DNA of 64,000 nt from Octopus vulgaris (lineage: Eukaryota), in the NCBI GenBank assembly GCA_951406725.2, contig OX597816.1, forward strand, positions 81,034,001 through 81,098,000, in the 5' to 3' direction. The translations under genes and the position numbers were made by a program. The notes under the pieces are model-generated. The model saw nothing but the letters and a program-made list of their open reading frames with translations, was not told the DNA's origin and did not search any database. How positions within the stretch are numbered: the stretch's first letter is position 1; each line of letters opens with the position of its first letter. Of this stretch, positions 40,441 through 54,251 are shown piece by piece.

Positions 40441-41344
40441 AAATCAGCAGTCTGGTGTTAATACAGTGTATTTGATATTCTTCTATAGGACAATGAGCAA
40501 AAACCATGCATTTCTGTAAATACTAACTGCTCAGGCATTATGAAATTATTGAATAAATTCGTAAAAGGACAACTATAATATTCTAATGCAGAAATTACTG
40601 CTCTATTGTCCAGACTATATATTTTTAGTTGTGCTATATAGTGTAAGTGCATTTGATGAAACGACAATGGATTTATATAAAACCCTAGAAATAATGGGAA
40701 ATTGTTAGGAAGTATAAAGTAGACTCACACTTTCAAGCTCTTTGAATATAAAGAGAATTTTCCTAAAATATTTTTGGAATAAACATACACACTCGCTTGT
40801 TTACACGTATGTAAAGAGTCGCCAGACATTTGTGTTCTAGAGAATTATATACACCCATTACACGAGTGCAAATAAACCTTTGTATATGCACCAATTAATT
40901 TACCTACATATTCACAAATTCCTACTATTCTCTTCATTCAAATAAAAAAAATGCCTTCGAGCTGGTCACTAGCAAAGTAATCAGCTTGAATTCCACAAGA
41001 AACGTAAACAGATCTCAAAGAAAAACATATATACATAAGCGAACATATATACATGCATCCACATATACAAAAGTGAAAAATACATAAACACAAGTACTTA
41101 CATTCAAACGAGCATAAATATTGGCGCAAATACAAATACGGAAACATTTATTAATGCAAACACATATATAACACACACATACACACACATACATACACAC
41201 ATACATACACACATACATACACACATACATAACACACACACATACATAAAACACACACCTACACACACATACACACATACACATACATACACACATACAT
41301 ACACACACACACATACATACAACTGTTACCTCACAACACAACTC

Positions 41345-41765
41345 CAAGGAGAATATTTTTCAATCCAAAAGCTAGGTGAAGCCACCTTACTTGTCGATTG
41401 AAAAAATACCTAACGAAGTATAAAAAAAAATAGTGAAGCATCTAAACCCCACAAATGCAACTGAAAATGCATATTGTGTTACATTTCTGTGATACATATA
41501 ACAAATGTGATAAGCAGATGCCTAGAAATTGTCATCAATTTTTCACTGACATGATGTTGTTACTAAAGCTATATACAATATCAACGCTAACAAGAGAAAT
41601 ATTGTAGAAACATCTCCATCAAAACTTTCTCCAAATACAAACATGACAGGCCCGAACTTGTTGTTTTGCACAGAAAAGAAAAACCATGTACTGTCATAAA
41701 TGTTAACTGCTCTACAGATGTGAACATGTCTTCTACAATCGCACAGAAGTAGAATGCTTTTGAAC
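41345..41765 (+). mobile_element. Second decayed fragment of the same RLE-type retrotransposon family (zinc knuckle plus endonuclease start)
   Basis: QGEYFSIQK..KCN*KCILCYISVIHITNVISRCLE..HDVVTKAIYN..EKYCRNISIKTFSKYKHDRPELVVLHRKEKPCTVINVNCSTDVN (cf. HNRPDIV..C.IIEVSCP.DVN). Confidence 0.72.
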
Positions 41766-42323
41766 AATTTCCTTGAAATTAATTACTTCCCTATCTCGAT
41801 ATTACACTCACATTTATACAGATAATTATTTGCCCACTTGAATATGTGAATAAATATTTTAAGAGATAATGTCGAAAAACTAGATTTCTTTTTTGCAAAG
41901 AAGTGACCAGCAAAGACACTTTACAAATCAAAATGTAAGTGGAACCGTAAAAATATTAAAGTTTTTTCGAAAGTTCAACATGTAGCAACGTTTATATTTC
42001 AGAAACTCCTATGAAGCAGCTTTGTTCCTTTTGTTACAAGAACAGCACTTTCCTTTTAGGAAAAATTCAAATAATTAAAAAAGAAAACACGTACATACAT
42101 AAAATTATTCAGTCTCCCTCAAGTCTCTATAATAATCTTAGTTCTCTCTATTCTTTTTAACCTAATGATATTTTCTTTTTCTTTTCAAATGCTGTCTTTT
42201 TATGGATTTTATGTATTTTGTTCACGCATTTCCTTTATTGTATTTCATTCTTCTGTATCTCTCCCTCCCTACATTTCTCTCTCTCTCTCTTTTATTATAA
42301 ACATAGTACACGCACCACCACCC

Positions 42324-42423
<100 letters not shown>

Positions 42424-45204
42424 GCCATCACTATTTTTCTTACTTTTGTTCTTTGTCATCTCTCTTTTCCACTGGCTGGCCTCTCTCTATTTCTTGCTGC
42501 TGCATTTTATAAATGTTTTGTGTTTCATTAGTATTCTATGTTCTTTTCTCATTCTTACTGAATACCTCTCACTCCTGTACCTCTCCTTTCTCTTTCCTTC
42601 TATTTCTTGTTCTTTGTATATCTCTCCCTCTCTGTGTATACGAGTACCGTCTCCTTCTGCTTCCTCTCTTTTTCTCCCTTTCACTCTCTCATTCTTCCTC
42701 TCCCCAACTCTATCAATTTTGAAAAGTTAATTGACGTTCTATGAAAATTTACCCTCATCTTTATCTTTATTGCTTTAGAGTTTTCTCTCTTCCTTACATT
42801 TGTCTTTCATTATACACTGTCTCTGTCTCTTTCCCTTATCATCCCTCCCTGCACGTTTATGCCTTGTTTCTCTTATATTTTTCTTCTTCCCTCATATCTT
42901 TTGACTTCATTTTTTGCAGGTTCTTTAATTCAAATGTCTTTTTTTTTTTTTTTAATCTCTTGTAATTTTAAACAGTTTCCTGATTTGTCTCATTGAAATT
43001 CTTAACCGAATAAATAAATAGAAAAACGATAAATTAAAATGCCAACTCTTTCTACAGGATCTGTCAATACACTGATAGAGGAACAAATGAACAAATTTGT
43101 TGCTGTAGGAGGAAAAGAAAAAGAATGAACAGCCAATCAGCTAATAAGGGTAACCTTGTATCTTTGATCTAACGTTTTCGTACACTTTATAACTACTGCC
43201 AGTCTTGAGAAGTCAAAATGAGGGGTTATAAAGTGTAGTTCCATGACACTTCATATCTCCTTCAATAGCTGATAACAGTCTGGCAGAAAACACTGACAAG
43301 CGAGAAGCTTCCGGTTAATAATAACCCTGGAAAGGGCATCAATGCTACAAATTACTAAGGACGCCTTTTTTGATAATATAAGGCTTTTTGTACTTAATCG
43401 GGGTAAAATTTCTACTAGTTACTGAAAGAACTACATGCACAGTAGTGTAAAAAAAATTAAGACACCTGTAAAATAGAGAAACCTACTGAATAGATTCACA
43501 GAGTTGGTCTTCATTCCTAACTGGAAGAATTTCGTGATATTTACGCAGAGAATGATTTTCATAAAATGACATGAGCATCAATACTTCACATAACTTCATT
43601 GAAGATATAGGGTATTATTACTTCGATTCGATACTATTCAGACAGCTCCAACTTAACTAATGTCAAACGTCCTTTTCTTAACTCCTGTGGACAACCCTAG
43701 CGATGTGCAGAGGGGATTTTGCCATCTGGCCAACCCAAAACATCCATAGATCCAGCCAAGCCTTCTGTTATGAATAGGTCGCTAGATTGAATAGTGGTGG
43801 AAAGAGATGGATATAAAGTTTAAGAGAAAGATGAAAAGAAAGGCAAGTGCCATGTAAGCCGAAAATGTGGCCATATATACCATCCCCACAACTGCCGCCT
43901 CTTCGTGCCAACAACGGCCGATACTCGGCTGTCAAATATGATATTTATTTTCTGAATGACGGAAAACCCTACAAAGATGGAAAAAGGGAAAAGAGGACAC
44001 GCACACACTGCAGACCAATGAGCAATCAATAATGATGTCTCTGCCGGTCAAGCTTCGGAAATATTTCTACGATCCTTACTTCTTGTAAGCGATCGAAATC
44101 GGTCGTCTTTTCTAAGTCATGGAAATTTCGCCGGTGACGGAATTCAGCCAGTCGACTGGGAAACTGACTGGCAGATCACGAGACCTCACTGGGCCATTCG
44201 GTCTTAGTAGTAATTGGTGGTATGTACAAAGTGCAGAAGAGTGATCGACACAAGCTAATGACCCTCGCATACCGGGAACTCCACGTTCTAAACGCAGATC
44301 GCTATCAGGGGAGGTGGTTGAAATGTTCCCTGCCCTTCTCGGACCAGAAAAAAAAACTCTTGCTGATACTTCTTCACATCTAATTGCATCACAGACTTTT
44401 ATCTCTCCGCCTCGTACGGCTTTCTGCTATTGATTCCTCAAAGAAACATTGCATTCACCAGCCAACCGGTCCAGACACAACGCCACGAGCCGAGCCAACA
44501 AATCACCCTTCCAAGTGACATCACCACTGCGCTGGTGACGGGCGCCGCTGAAAGGCTATGACGACAGAAGCAAAATCGACCGTAGCACCAGCAGCGAAAA
44601 GAACGGTGGCAGAAACAGTAAGCTAACAATACGTTGAAAGTTACCGACAACGGTTTTGGCGTCACTATATTGCCAAAACAACACTGAGCGACGCACTACT
44701 GAGGAGACCTGAATTTCATTTCTTATTGGAATAGACCGTTCGAATCGCCTTGCCAGCTCAACGACTTTGCTCCATCACTCACCACAATTAGGAACACCTC
44801 GATTGACTTACGTGTCTAAAATATCTAATTAACAATGAACAAAAATCAAAGACAGATTCCACAAATTTTCTTTTATTCACCCTCTTCAACAAGCGAGTAT
44901 TTGTATACATTCTAAAAGAAACCAATAATTGATAAGGAGCATGTCATGTTGGTCCTTAACGGTTGTAATTGCATCAGTTCGATCCCAATTAGTTGCTGAA
45001 CAGAAATTTATGAGGACGTATTCACTAGTGCACATCTTGCTTGAAATCTGTAATGGTTTACGTTGGTAGAAACAGAGGTAAAGTTGATTAAATCGACTCA
45101 GTATATAACTGGAAATAATTTATATCATCGTCGTCAGAGAAAAGAACATTAAACCAACACTATTGATGTCTAACACAGAACAAAGCAAATCTAAACTAAA
45201 TATT

Positions 45205-45416
45205 CTTTTCTACTCTAGGCACAAGGCCTGAAATTTTGGGGGAGGGGCCAGTCGATTAGATCGACCCCAGTACGCAACTGTTACTTAATTTAGCGATCCC
45301 GAAAGGATGAAAAGCAAAGTCGACCTCGGCGAAATTTGAACTCAGAACGTAAACACAGACGAAATACCGCTAAGCATTTCGCCCGGCGTGCTTACGCTTC
45401 TGCCAGCTCACCACCC
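45205..45416 (-). mobile_element. Full-length SINE family A (second tail type)
   Basis: Complete head, core and tail. TSD ATCTAAACTAAATATT (45189-45204) / ATCTACACTAAATATT (45420-45435). Confidence 0.9.
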
Positions 45417-47273
45417 TACATCTACACTAAATATTGTAAGACACTTTACGGGGGAGGCTTACTTTTTCCGCCATTTTAGCTATTTCCAGATATCTGAAAT
45501 TTCACAAAAGATTTATTGTTCAGGGATTTGTTTCCGTTCTTTCGCAACTGTAAGTTAGTCGAGCTAGAAATACAATTTTGATTCGATGACTGCCCCCATT
45601 GTGCTCCTCCCATTAGGAATGGTGAGGTAAGATAATTGTACAAGATAAGTACGGTTACAGTTCAATTTGAATTGTTTGTAGTTTCAATGCTAAGTGAAAA
45701 GATTGGGCGTGGAAAAAGTTCCACAGAAATGTAATCCCGAGAGGATGGACTTGGCAAAATGATATTAGAATGGGTCGAGATTCAATATGGGTGATTGAAG
45801 AAATCTAAAATCTACATCAATGTTTACTTGTTTGCTTGTTTTATTTTATTTAAAATCTCCTGGCGATGAATCAGAAATGATGTAAACATAAAACACAGAC
45901 AGCATTTTATAAATAGCAAGCAAATTTACCAAATGACCAATATCTAAGTTTAGTAGCAGCTTAGTTTAATTATTTAGACTGTTGAAATTTGTCTATAAGT
46001 TAATCACATTAGATAATAGATCAATTATATATCGATTGTGTATCAGTTATTTATAGTAAATATCTGACTACACATTTTATTTAAACAAACAAAAACACAT
46101 TGTAAACTTTGTTTTCTTTTTCAGACTAAAATCACACCCGCGGGATATAAATTGCTTCCTAATATAGATAGGATATGATCACCAACTGGTGGTATTCTAT
46201 GCGTGGGATCGAAGAGCACAGCTACTTGAATGATTGCTTAACAAGGAACAAATGTTTCTTGATCACTAACAAACTTTGAATCTGGGTACTGAGCATGATG
46301 ACAGCTAAGTGTGTAGGTCATGGAAATATTGCACACCCATAACAGCATACTAATCACCAACACTTCGACTGCACGACCGGCACCCTGTCGATTCAGCCTT
46401 CTGTTATTCTGTTCCCTTCAATATTCTAAAATTTAGTCCAGATTGCTGAAGCAATAGCGCGCTGAACTAAACGTGTTGGACTACTTAGTTTTGGTCTGTG
46501 AGTTCTAAGTTCAAATCTTGCTTTACATGTCTGGGATAGATTTGTACACCTATATTTCTTCAAAATCCTAATATGGTGCCTGTATAATAAAATAAAATCA
46601 GTACTGAAATGTTTACGTTGTGAATGGTAGCTAGTTGAGTTCATACAGTGCTGGAATACCGACTGTGGAATTACCACTTTGCGTCCCACCGCGGACGGTG
46701 CGTTGCTCTCATGGACATCACATTTAACAATCACTGGTTTAGTACTCTTAGCTGTAAAACATAAGAACTCTTGATTGTTCGGCACGTGTCAGTAAATTAT
46801 GAAACTAGAACTACAAGCTACACATTTTCTCTTGATAAATACATTTTATCTACCTTGTATTTGTCTTGATCGATATATTATTTAGCACCGTCATAACTTG
46901 AGATTCATCAACACTTCATTCCTAACAAATAAACTGCTCATTCCCCTTGAAGCTTCCCTGATTGGAATTGGCACTTCTACATTAAAAAGAAAAAAATTCG
47001 TGTTCTAACAGAATATATAATCAACATTGCAGCATCAATAAAATTTCAACCTTGCAACAATTAAATCCCTATACAAATTGGATTTCAAACTCTTCGAATC
47101 ATTAAGTAACAGTATTGGGATCTAACATACTATTATTTACCCTAATTTACAATCATTTAAACCTGTAACCATGTTCAAAGCATTAAAAGTTATGGTTTTT
47201 ATGATATAAAATGGAATTCTCTATTTCAACGTTCTTCGTTCAGATTACAGTAGTCAAATCTCTCTACCCCCAA

Positions 47274-47320
<47 letters not shown>

Positions 47321-49371
47321 CCTATAAAATAAGTGCCAGTCAGGCACAGGAGTTAATTAAAACATTTGTATTACTTTTCAGCAGAACTCATATCTAACAC
47401 GAATGTGAGAACATGATTATAGGTCAGAATCATTTTCAGACACAGTGATTTAGGTGGAGGGGGAAACCCAGCTTATAAGCGTAAGATAAAGTTGTGCAAG
47501 AGAGATCAAATGTAATAAATAGTATTACTTAACCTCTAGTTTGAAATTAATTGATGTTGGAGTCTAGCTATGAAACTACCCTTCTTAGACATTCAATATA
47601 AATGCCCCATGTAGTTCAAGGACAATCAGGGCAATTTGATAATTTGCGTGTTTTATGTTCATATGTCTGAATTTCTTTCACTTCGATAAAATAGACACGA
47701 AGAGTTCAACCATCCACTCCAAAATAAATATAACTATACGCTAGTTCTAATTAGAATCCGCTTCGGTTTGGGGCTTCTTAGTTGTTTTGATATTTGTGTT
47801 AATATTTATTTGGACGAGACACAGAATTAGTTTATGTAGAAAATGTGGGTGCATTGCTACGGTAATTTGTTTTATTTGAGTTAACTATCGATTACTCAGA
47901 AAGATATTATAGAAGCTAGTGTAGTTCTTTGAAACGATGTCAGCATACTAGTAGTATATCTTATATAGATCACCAGATAGATTTCGAACAGAATCGGATA
48001 TAAGATTTGAATGTATAAGTCAAGGGTCGTAGCTAAACACTAATGCATTTAATCCGGAATCCTTTCGGTTCTGCCAATCTATCAGCTATAGTTGAGATAA
48101 TAATGACTTTTATAGGGAAGGCACCAAGGCTAGGGTTTATAATAGACAGAATAGATTTCAATGTATTACTTTTGTTACTTGTTATTGTTGTTTGGCGCCA
48201 CGATCTGTTCCAGTAAACCTATGAATAAATGCATTCTAGAGAGTTAGGTATATATGGGACAACATTATTTAATGTATCCTTGTCTTTTGAAGAAACTATT
48301 GTGCTTTGATGAAGATTTAGCTGCTATTTTACTTTTCGGGTTACCATATACAGCCTCAGTCACTATCTTGACTATTAGTTTATCCCAGTAGTATAATAGC
48401 TAAATTATAGTTACCATGAGAAAAGAAAACAATCCTGACGTTTCTGTGCCAACTTATTTTATCAAAGGAGAGAAATGTGAATTCATGTGAATTCGAAACG
48501 TATTTTATCGGAATGTAAAAGAACAAACCTAAACAATAAGGCGTTAAGTATAAATTGTTATCTCACAACTCATCGCTTTTCAAACCAACAAGAGAGCTTT
48601 TACATGCATAAAACTAAAAAGACGGGATAGTCACTAATGAAATGTTTTTCAGTATAAGTCTGTTCAGTGAAGACTGTCCTGAGACTAAACGTCAACAACA
48701 TCTTACCAACTTTGGCTAGCAATGCTATTATTATTTTATTGCTTAGATTTTGTTGTGATTTACAGCTAAGAATATTATTACGAAGTGGAGTATATTTATA
48801 ATATATGGGAAAGAATATATCACTAATATATGAAATATTAATGTTCATGATATGTTTATTTATTTGTCTTTACCATAAATTTTGTGAAAGCAGTCCATTG
48901 TAGCGCAAAAATGCTCCGAGTAGTGAAACAGAAACTCTTCTGCTTAAAATAACTTCCAGTACATTTCCGGGGCCTGTCACCCTGAAAACTGAAGAATATT
49001 GTTGCCTGGTTTTCAATGCGGAAAAGAAGAAAGGCAATTTACGATGTTGCGGGAAAAAAGTGGTAGAGTAAAGGAATGTAAAGATACTGTAAGATATACA
49101 TTTGAGATAGAAATAGAAAGTGAAGCAATAGACAGTAAGACAAAACATAAGATGAGAAAATAGCGTTATTCCTTACTAAAAAGGCTTCGTCCGAAAGCGA
49201 TAACTATAACCAGTTCCCACTGAATATGTAAGGTTTACAAGTAAGGTGTATTTATACGTATATGCATATATATGTGTGTGTGCATGTGCGCGCATGCACA
49301 CGCACACACAAGCGCGTACACATTCTCTTTCACACACATTTAGATAGACAGACAGACAGACAGACAGATAA

Positions 49372-49431
<60 letters not shown>

Positions 49432-49463
49432 TTGCGAGTTTCCGTGTGCCTGCAAGTATGTTT

Positions 49464-49538
<75 letters not shown>

Positions 49539-49659
49539 GCGTGTGTGTGTCTGTACACGTGTGTTATATTCTTTTGTAGTGGTTTATTGGAATGCAAGTA
49601 AAAATTTTCTGAGTACAAAAAATATATATATTTCTGTTACAAATAATATATGTATGTTG

Positions 49660-49765
49660 TGTTTGAAATAAGAGATTTATGTAGAATTACTATGATTCTC
49701 ATACAACAAATTGGCCACTAACACGGTTTTTTATTTCTCCCAGGCAACGCTGGCTATTCTTCTGG
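49660..49765 (+). mobile_element. Helitron-like 3' terminus (non-autonomous)
   Basis: Short GC hairpin CCAGGCAACGCTGG (49740-49753), followed 8 nt later by CTGG|T. This matches the hairpin plus CTRR|T Helitron end. The 5' boundary was not located. Confidence 0.5.
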
Positions 49766-50068
49766 TGCGTGTGAGTATGTGTGTGTTGTGTGTGTGTGTG
49801 TGTGTCTGTGTCTGTGTCTGTGTGTGTATGTCATGTATATATGTATATTATATATACGTGTGTGCATTTATGCAGATATGTGTGTATGTATACATATATA
49901 AGAATATAAAGCCCTTGTATAATTTTAAATTATAAATTGTTAATAACTTTTCTTCTATATATGATAGAATTAATTAGTAAGAAACAGCTAGAAGCTTGAT
50001 GTCTCTGATTTATCATAATCAGCCCAACAAGAATGTATTAGCATTGATTTTTTAATTGAAAAACAAAT

Positions 50069-50444
50069 AACAAGAGCAGTCAGAGAGCGCAAACCTCTGC
50101 CAAGGCAACACCAACGACCTCTCAACGATTAGCCACAGATGATTTTTAAAATGAGATTATCTGAAATATATTCGACTGCTCTCACAAACGAGAATACTAA
50201 AAATGAACCCAACTGCTTTCAGAGAAACAGGAAAAATAATCCAGAATCCTTGTCCGGTACCGGCTCGATCCCAAAATCTAATCCGTTCATACCAGTCACA
50301 ATGCCAAACACCCCTGAAAGTTTCATCCGAATTGTAGGTAGACAAGATATCTTAAGAACCGCTGATTCTTGAGATATCTTGTCCACGGACAAGCAAACAA
50401 ACACGACTGAACCAATACCTCCGCCTTCGCTAAGGCGGAGGTAA
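50069..50444 (-). mobile_element. Helentron-associated non-autonomous element (HINE/DINE-1-like)
   Basis: Minus strand: 5' TTACCTCCGCC with adjacent inverted copy GGCGGAGGTA, a short (GTTT)n, 3' sub-terminal GGCAGAGGTTT, then small hairpin GCGCTCTCTGACTGC and TCTTGTT. T-rich ends and no TSD. Confidence 0.7.
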
Positions 50445-50936
50445 TGATAATTTCTTCAACTTTATTTTGTAGCAGTTTGTAATGAGTATTATTTATACAA
50501 CTAAACCTCATGTCAGCTAGATAACTACTATGACTCGGAATATCTCTAAAAATGTGCAGCAAAACATATTTTTAAAACTTTAGAATCATACCAGAGTTTC
50601 TATACGTAATATCATTGGATATAGGAAGAATTTACTTTCTTAAGTGAGTAAAATCCAATAAATTTATTCACTCATACTTTTCAAGGATTAATTCTCCTAT
50701 ATATCGAATTAAAATTATACAAATTTAAAATAGCAAAAGGACTTTTTAACGACCCAGTATTGCTGGTGTTTATTGGGATTTATTTTTGTAGACCCAAGAG
50801 TGATTGGATGTGCATGTGATATTAAGAAATATCATAAGTGCAAATAAAATAAACATACGTATATTTAGCATATAAATACCGAATATTGCAAGCAAGGTAT
50901 ATAAGGTATTCACTCACCTCCCCCGATTTAAAGCAC

Positions 50937-51001
<65 letters not shown>

Positions 51002-51726
51002 TTCTTTTTCCCTCTGTTTGGTTAATTTTTCCATTATTTTTTAATGATAAAATCAGAAAAGAAATTTCTATCATCGTACGAGTAGAGAGGATGAAGGCAA
51101 AAAAAAAATAATAATAAATAAATAAAATCTAAATAAAACAAATATATAAACAAGCAAACAAACAAACAAAAGGTTGGTTGATCGACCTCCAAATTCAAAA
51201 GTTCAAATATTGATAATTCTATTTAAAGAAAAACAACAAAAACCAAGTCTTTGTTTTTTTGTTTTTGTTTTTTTTATTGTTTTTTTTTTTTGCTTTTCAT
51301 TTAGAAGAATGTTGACGTAAAAAGAAAGATGAAAAAATAATGCTGCTGCTGCTATTACTACTACTACTACTATCATTATTAATACTACTACTATTACTGA
51401 TTCTTTTTTTTAAACTCCCTAATTTTTAACTTTCAGTTTCTCTTTTTCATTAAAACGATTTTTATGCTACAATGATGCAATGGATAGTTTTAAAAATTTG
51501 TATAGTTCTTGTGGTTAATATTGCTATTATTAAGGTTGTTATTATTGTCAATGCTGTCGTTGCTGCATGCTGTTGATGTTGTTGTTATTGTTATTGTTGC
51601 AGCTGCTGATAAGGATGTTAATCTTATTGTAGACATTGATGTCATTGTTGTTGTTGTTGTTGTTGTTATTGACCATTTTTTTAAAATTTTCGTTTCATTT
51701 TTTAATCGCTATTGTCATCGTCAATG

Positions 51727-52040
51727 TAGTTGTTGTTGTTGTTGTTGTTGTTGTTAGTGGTGGTGGTGGTGGTGGTGGTGGTGGTGGTGGTGGTGGTGGT
51801 GGTGGTGGTGGTGGTGGTGGTGGTGGTGGTGGTGGTGGTGGTACTGGGAGTGGTGGTACTGGTGGTGGTTGTGGTGGTGAAGGTGGTGGTGGTTCTCGTG
51901 GTAAGAGATGTCTTGTTACTAATATTCTACATGTTGTTGCCACTGATAATACTTCTGATATTACTGCTACTGTTATTAAAGCTGCTGCTGCTGTTGCTAC
52001 TGCTGCTGCTGTTGTTGCTACTGCTGCTGCTGCCGCTGCC
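51727..52040. repeat. (GTT)n(GGT)n(GCT)n trinucleotide block
   Basis: Directly visible; explains the poly-Gly, poly-Pro and poly-Val ORFs at 51636-52217. Confidence 0.95.
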
Positions 52041-52263
52041 TTGACGTCGCGCCATTTCTTAATTCCGTTTCCTACTATTCTTGAATCGAGATTGTCGCCC
52101 CATTATTTTTGCTGTTATCAATGTTATTGTTATACATCTCTATATTGTATTTATTGGTACTTGTTCTTGGGGTGGTTCTTCTTGCTATTTAGCCACAGGT
52201 CAGCCGAGATCAAGTAAACAGATGACGAGCCGTGATTATAAAAAACCTTTTGAATATCTATGA

Positions 52264-52632
52264 CATTGTTCCGGGTTCAGTCCCACTACGTGGCACCTTG
52301 GGCAAGTGTCTTCTACTATAGCCTCGGGCCGACCAAAGCCTTGTGAGTGGATTTGATAGACGGAAACTGAAAGAAACCTGTCGTATATATGTATATATGT
52401 GTGTGCGTGTGTATGTGTGTGCGTGTGTATGTGTGTGTGTTTGTGTTTGTCCTCCCGCCATCTCTTGACAACAGATGGTGGTGTGTTTACGTCCCCGTAA
52501 CTTAGCGGTTTGACAAAGTGACCGATAGAATAAGTACTAGGCTTACAAAGAATAAGTCCTGGGGTCGATTTGCTCGACTAAAAGCGGTGCTCCAGCATGA
52601 CCGCACTCAAATGACTGAAACAAGTAAAAGAG
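52264..52632 (+). mobile_element. SINE family C, well preserved, 5' end clipped
   Basis: B-box-like GGTTCAGTCCC, GGCACCTTGGGCAAGTGTCTTC, internal (TA)(TG)n, GGGGTCGATTTGCTCGAC and tail TGACTGAAACAAGTAAAAGAG. Confidence 0.88.
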
Positions 52633-52929
52633 TATACATATCTTCCAATGCGCACCTTTATTGTTTGAGACTGTTGTGTGTGATTTGAGCGTTTGGTTTC
52701 TATTTATAACAGATCGAGTGACCGCGAATAGGCTAACTTCTTGTTTTGTTATCGTTGTTGTTATTGGTGGCGGTGGTGGCGGCAGTGATTGTGTGATGGT
52801 GGCGTAGTGGTAGTAGTCGTGATGGTGGGGGGGGGCTAATGGTAATGATTGGAAGGTATGTTGATATTGTTATTGTGGGATTGCGTTGTTACTGTTAACG
52901 TTAATGGTGATGGTAGTGGAATAGTGATA

Positions 52930-52963
52930 TTGTTATTACTATTACTATTATTATTATTATTAT

Positions 52964-52999
<36 letters not shown>

Positions 53000-53164
53000 G
53001 GACAGAGGTGGTGGTGATTGTGGTGATGATTGTGGTGATGATTGTGGTGGTGATGGTGGTGGTTGTAGTGTTGGCGGTAGTAGTAGTAGTAGTAGTTGTG
53101 GCTGTGGTGGTGGTGATTGTGGTGGGGTGGTAGTAGTGGTGGCGGTATTAGTAGTAGTAGTAGC

Positions 53165-53222
<58 letters not shown>

Positions 53223-53480
53223 ACGGTATTAGTAGTAGTAGTGGCGGTGGTGGGGATGATTGTGGTGAGGTGGTTGTAGTGGTGGTGGTGATGGTAGTAG
53301 TGGTGGCGGTAGTAATAGTAGTAGTAGTTGTTCTTGTTATTGAAGTTGCCCTGTTTTCTTATTAAACTACTATTTTATTATTCAATCTTACTATTGATAC
53401 TGTTGCTACTTTTTGTTGTTACTATTGCTACAACTGCTGTTGTTGTTGTCGTTGTTGTTGTTATTGTTGTTGTTGTTGCT
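52930..53480. repeat. Compound (TTA)/(GTA)/(GTG)/(GTT) trinucleotide region
   Basis: Directly visible. Confidence 0.93.
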
Positions 53481-53878
53481 GTTTTTGCCTTATGTAATGT
53501 TATATTTTTCAACAAATTCCATTCGTATGATGTAACTTGGAGGTATGAAAATGAATAAAAAATAATTAAAGCGGAAAAGAAAACGAAATAGAAAAAAAAA
53601 ATTACATATTTCAGAGGTGAAAAGAATTACATTTTGAGCAATTCTTTCGTTTTGTTATGTTTTATTGAACTTCATTTTTAGCCAGAACATAGAGGAGACT
53701 ATGGAAACAGTTTCAAGGAAAAAATAAATAAATAAATAATAAATAAATAAATAAATAATAAACAGAAATTTCTTTATCCTAATATACATTGTTGAAAATA
53801 AATAAATAAATAAATAAATAAATAAATAGATAAATAAATATGAATTGATGCAAATAAATATATGTGTGTGTATTGATG

Positions 53879-53882
<4 letters not shown>

Positions 53883-53917
<35 letters not shown>

Positions 53918-53959
53918 AGACAGACAGATAGACAGACAGGCAGGCAGGCAGACAGACAG

Positions 53960-54034
<75 letters not shown>

Positions 54035-54075
54035 GGCAGGCAGGCATCAGGCAAACAGACAGACAGACAGACAGA
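53883..54075. repeat. (GA)n(CAGA)n microsatellite
   Basis: Directly visible. Confidence 0.97.
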
Positions 54076-54251
54076 ATGTGTTCTTTTGTAAGACGGCAGT
54101 CTATGATTTGAAATAGATTTAGTTGCTCTTTCTAACAGGTCGAGCACACATGCATATTCTCTTTTGTCGGCTCGTTTGTGACTCTTTGTTGTTGTTTGAT
54201 GCCAGGTCAACCCTGATCAAGAAGCACTATGATTAAAATATTACATTAAAG

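Noticed and set aside
43039-43128. Small ORF MPTLSTGSVNTLIEEQMNKFVAVGGKEKE
   Set aside because: 29 codons with no recognisable homology, within chance expectation.
46290-46360. TATTGCAC (miR-92-like seed) on the 3' side of a small hairpin
   Set aside because: Only ~8 bp pair, the rest of a pre-miRNA stem is absent, and the 3' sequence does not resemble miR-92.
47320-47335. TATA-like CCTATAAAAT after a (CT)n(CA)n tract
   Set aside because: Such motifs are common in AT-rich DNA and there is no independent evidence of a transcription start.
51636-52217. 193 aa Gly/Ala-rich ORF, the longest in the track
   Set aside because: Built from (GTT)n, (GGT)n and (GCT)n tracts and open in overlapping frames on both strands.
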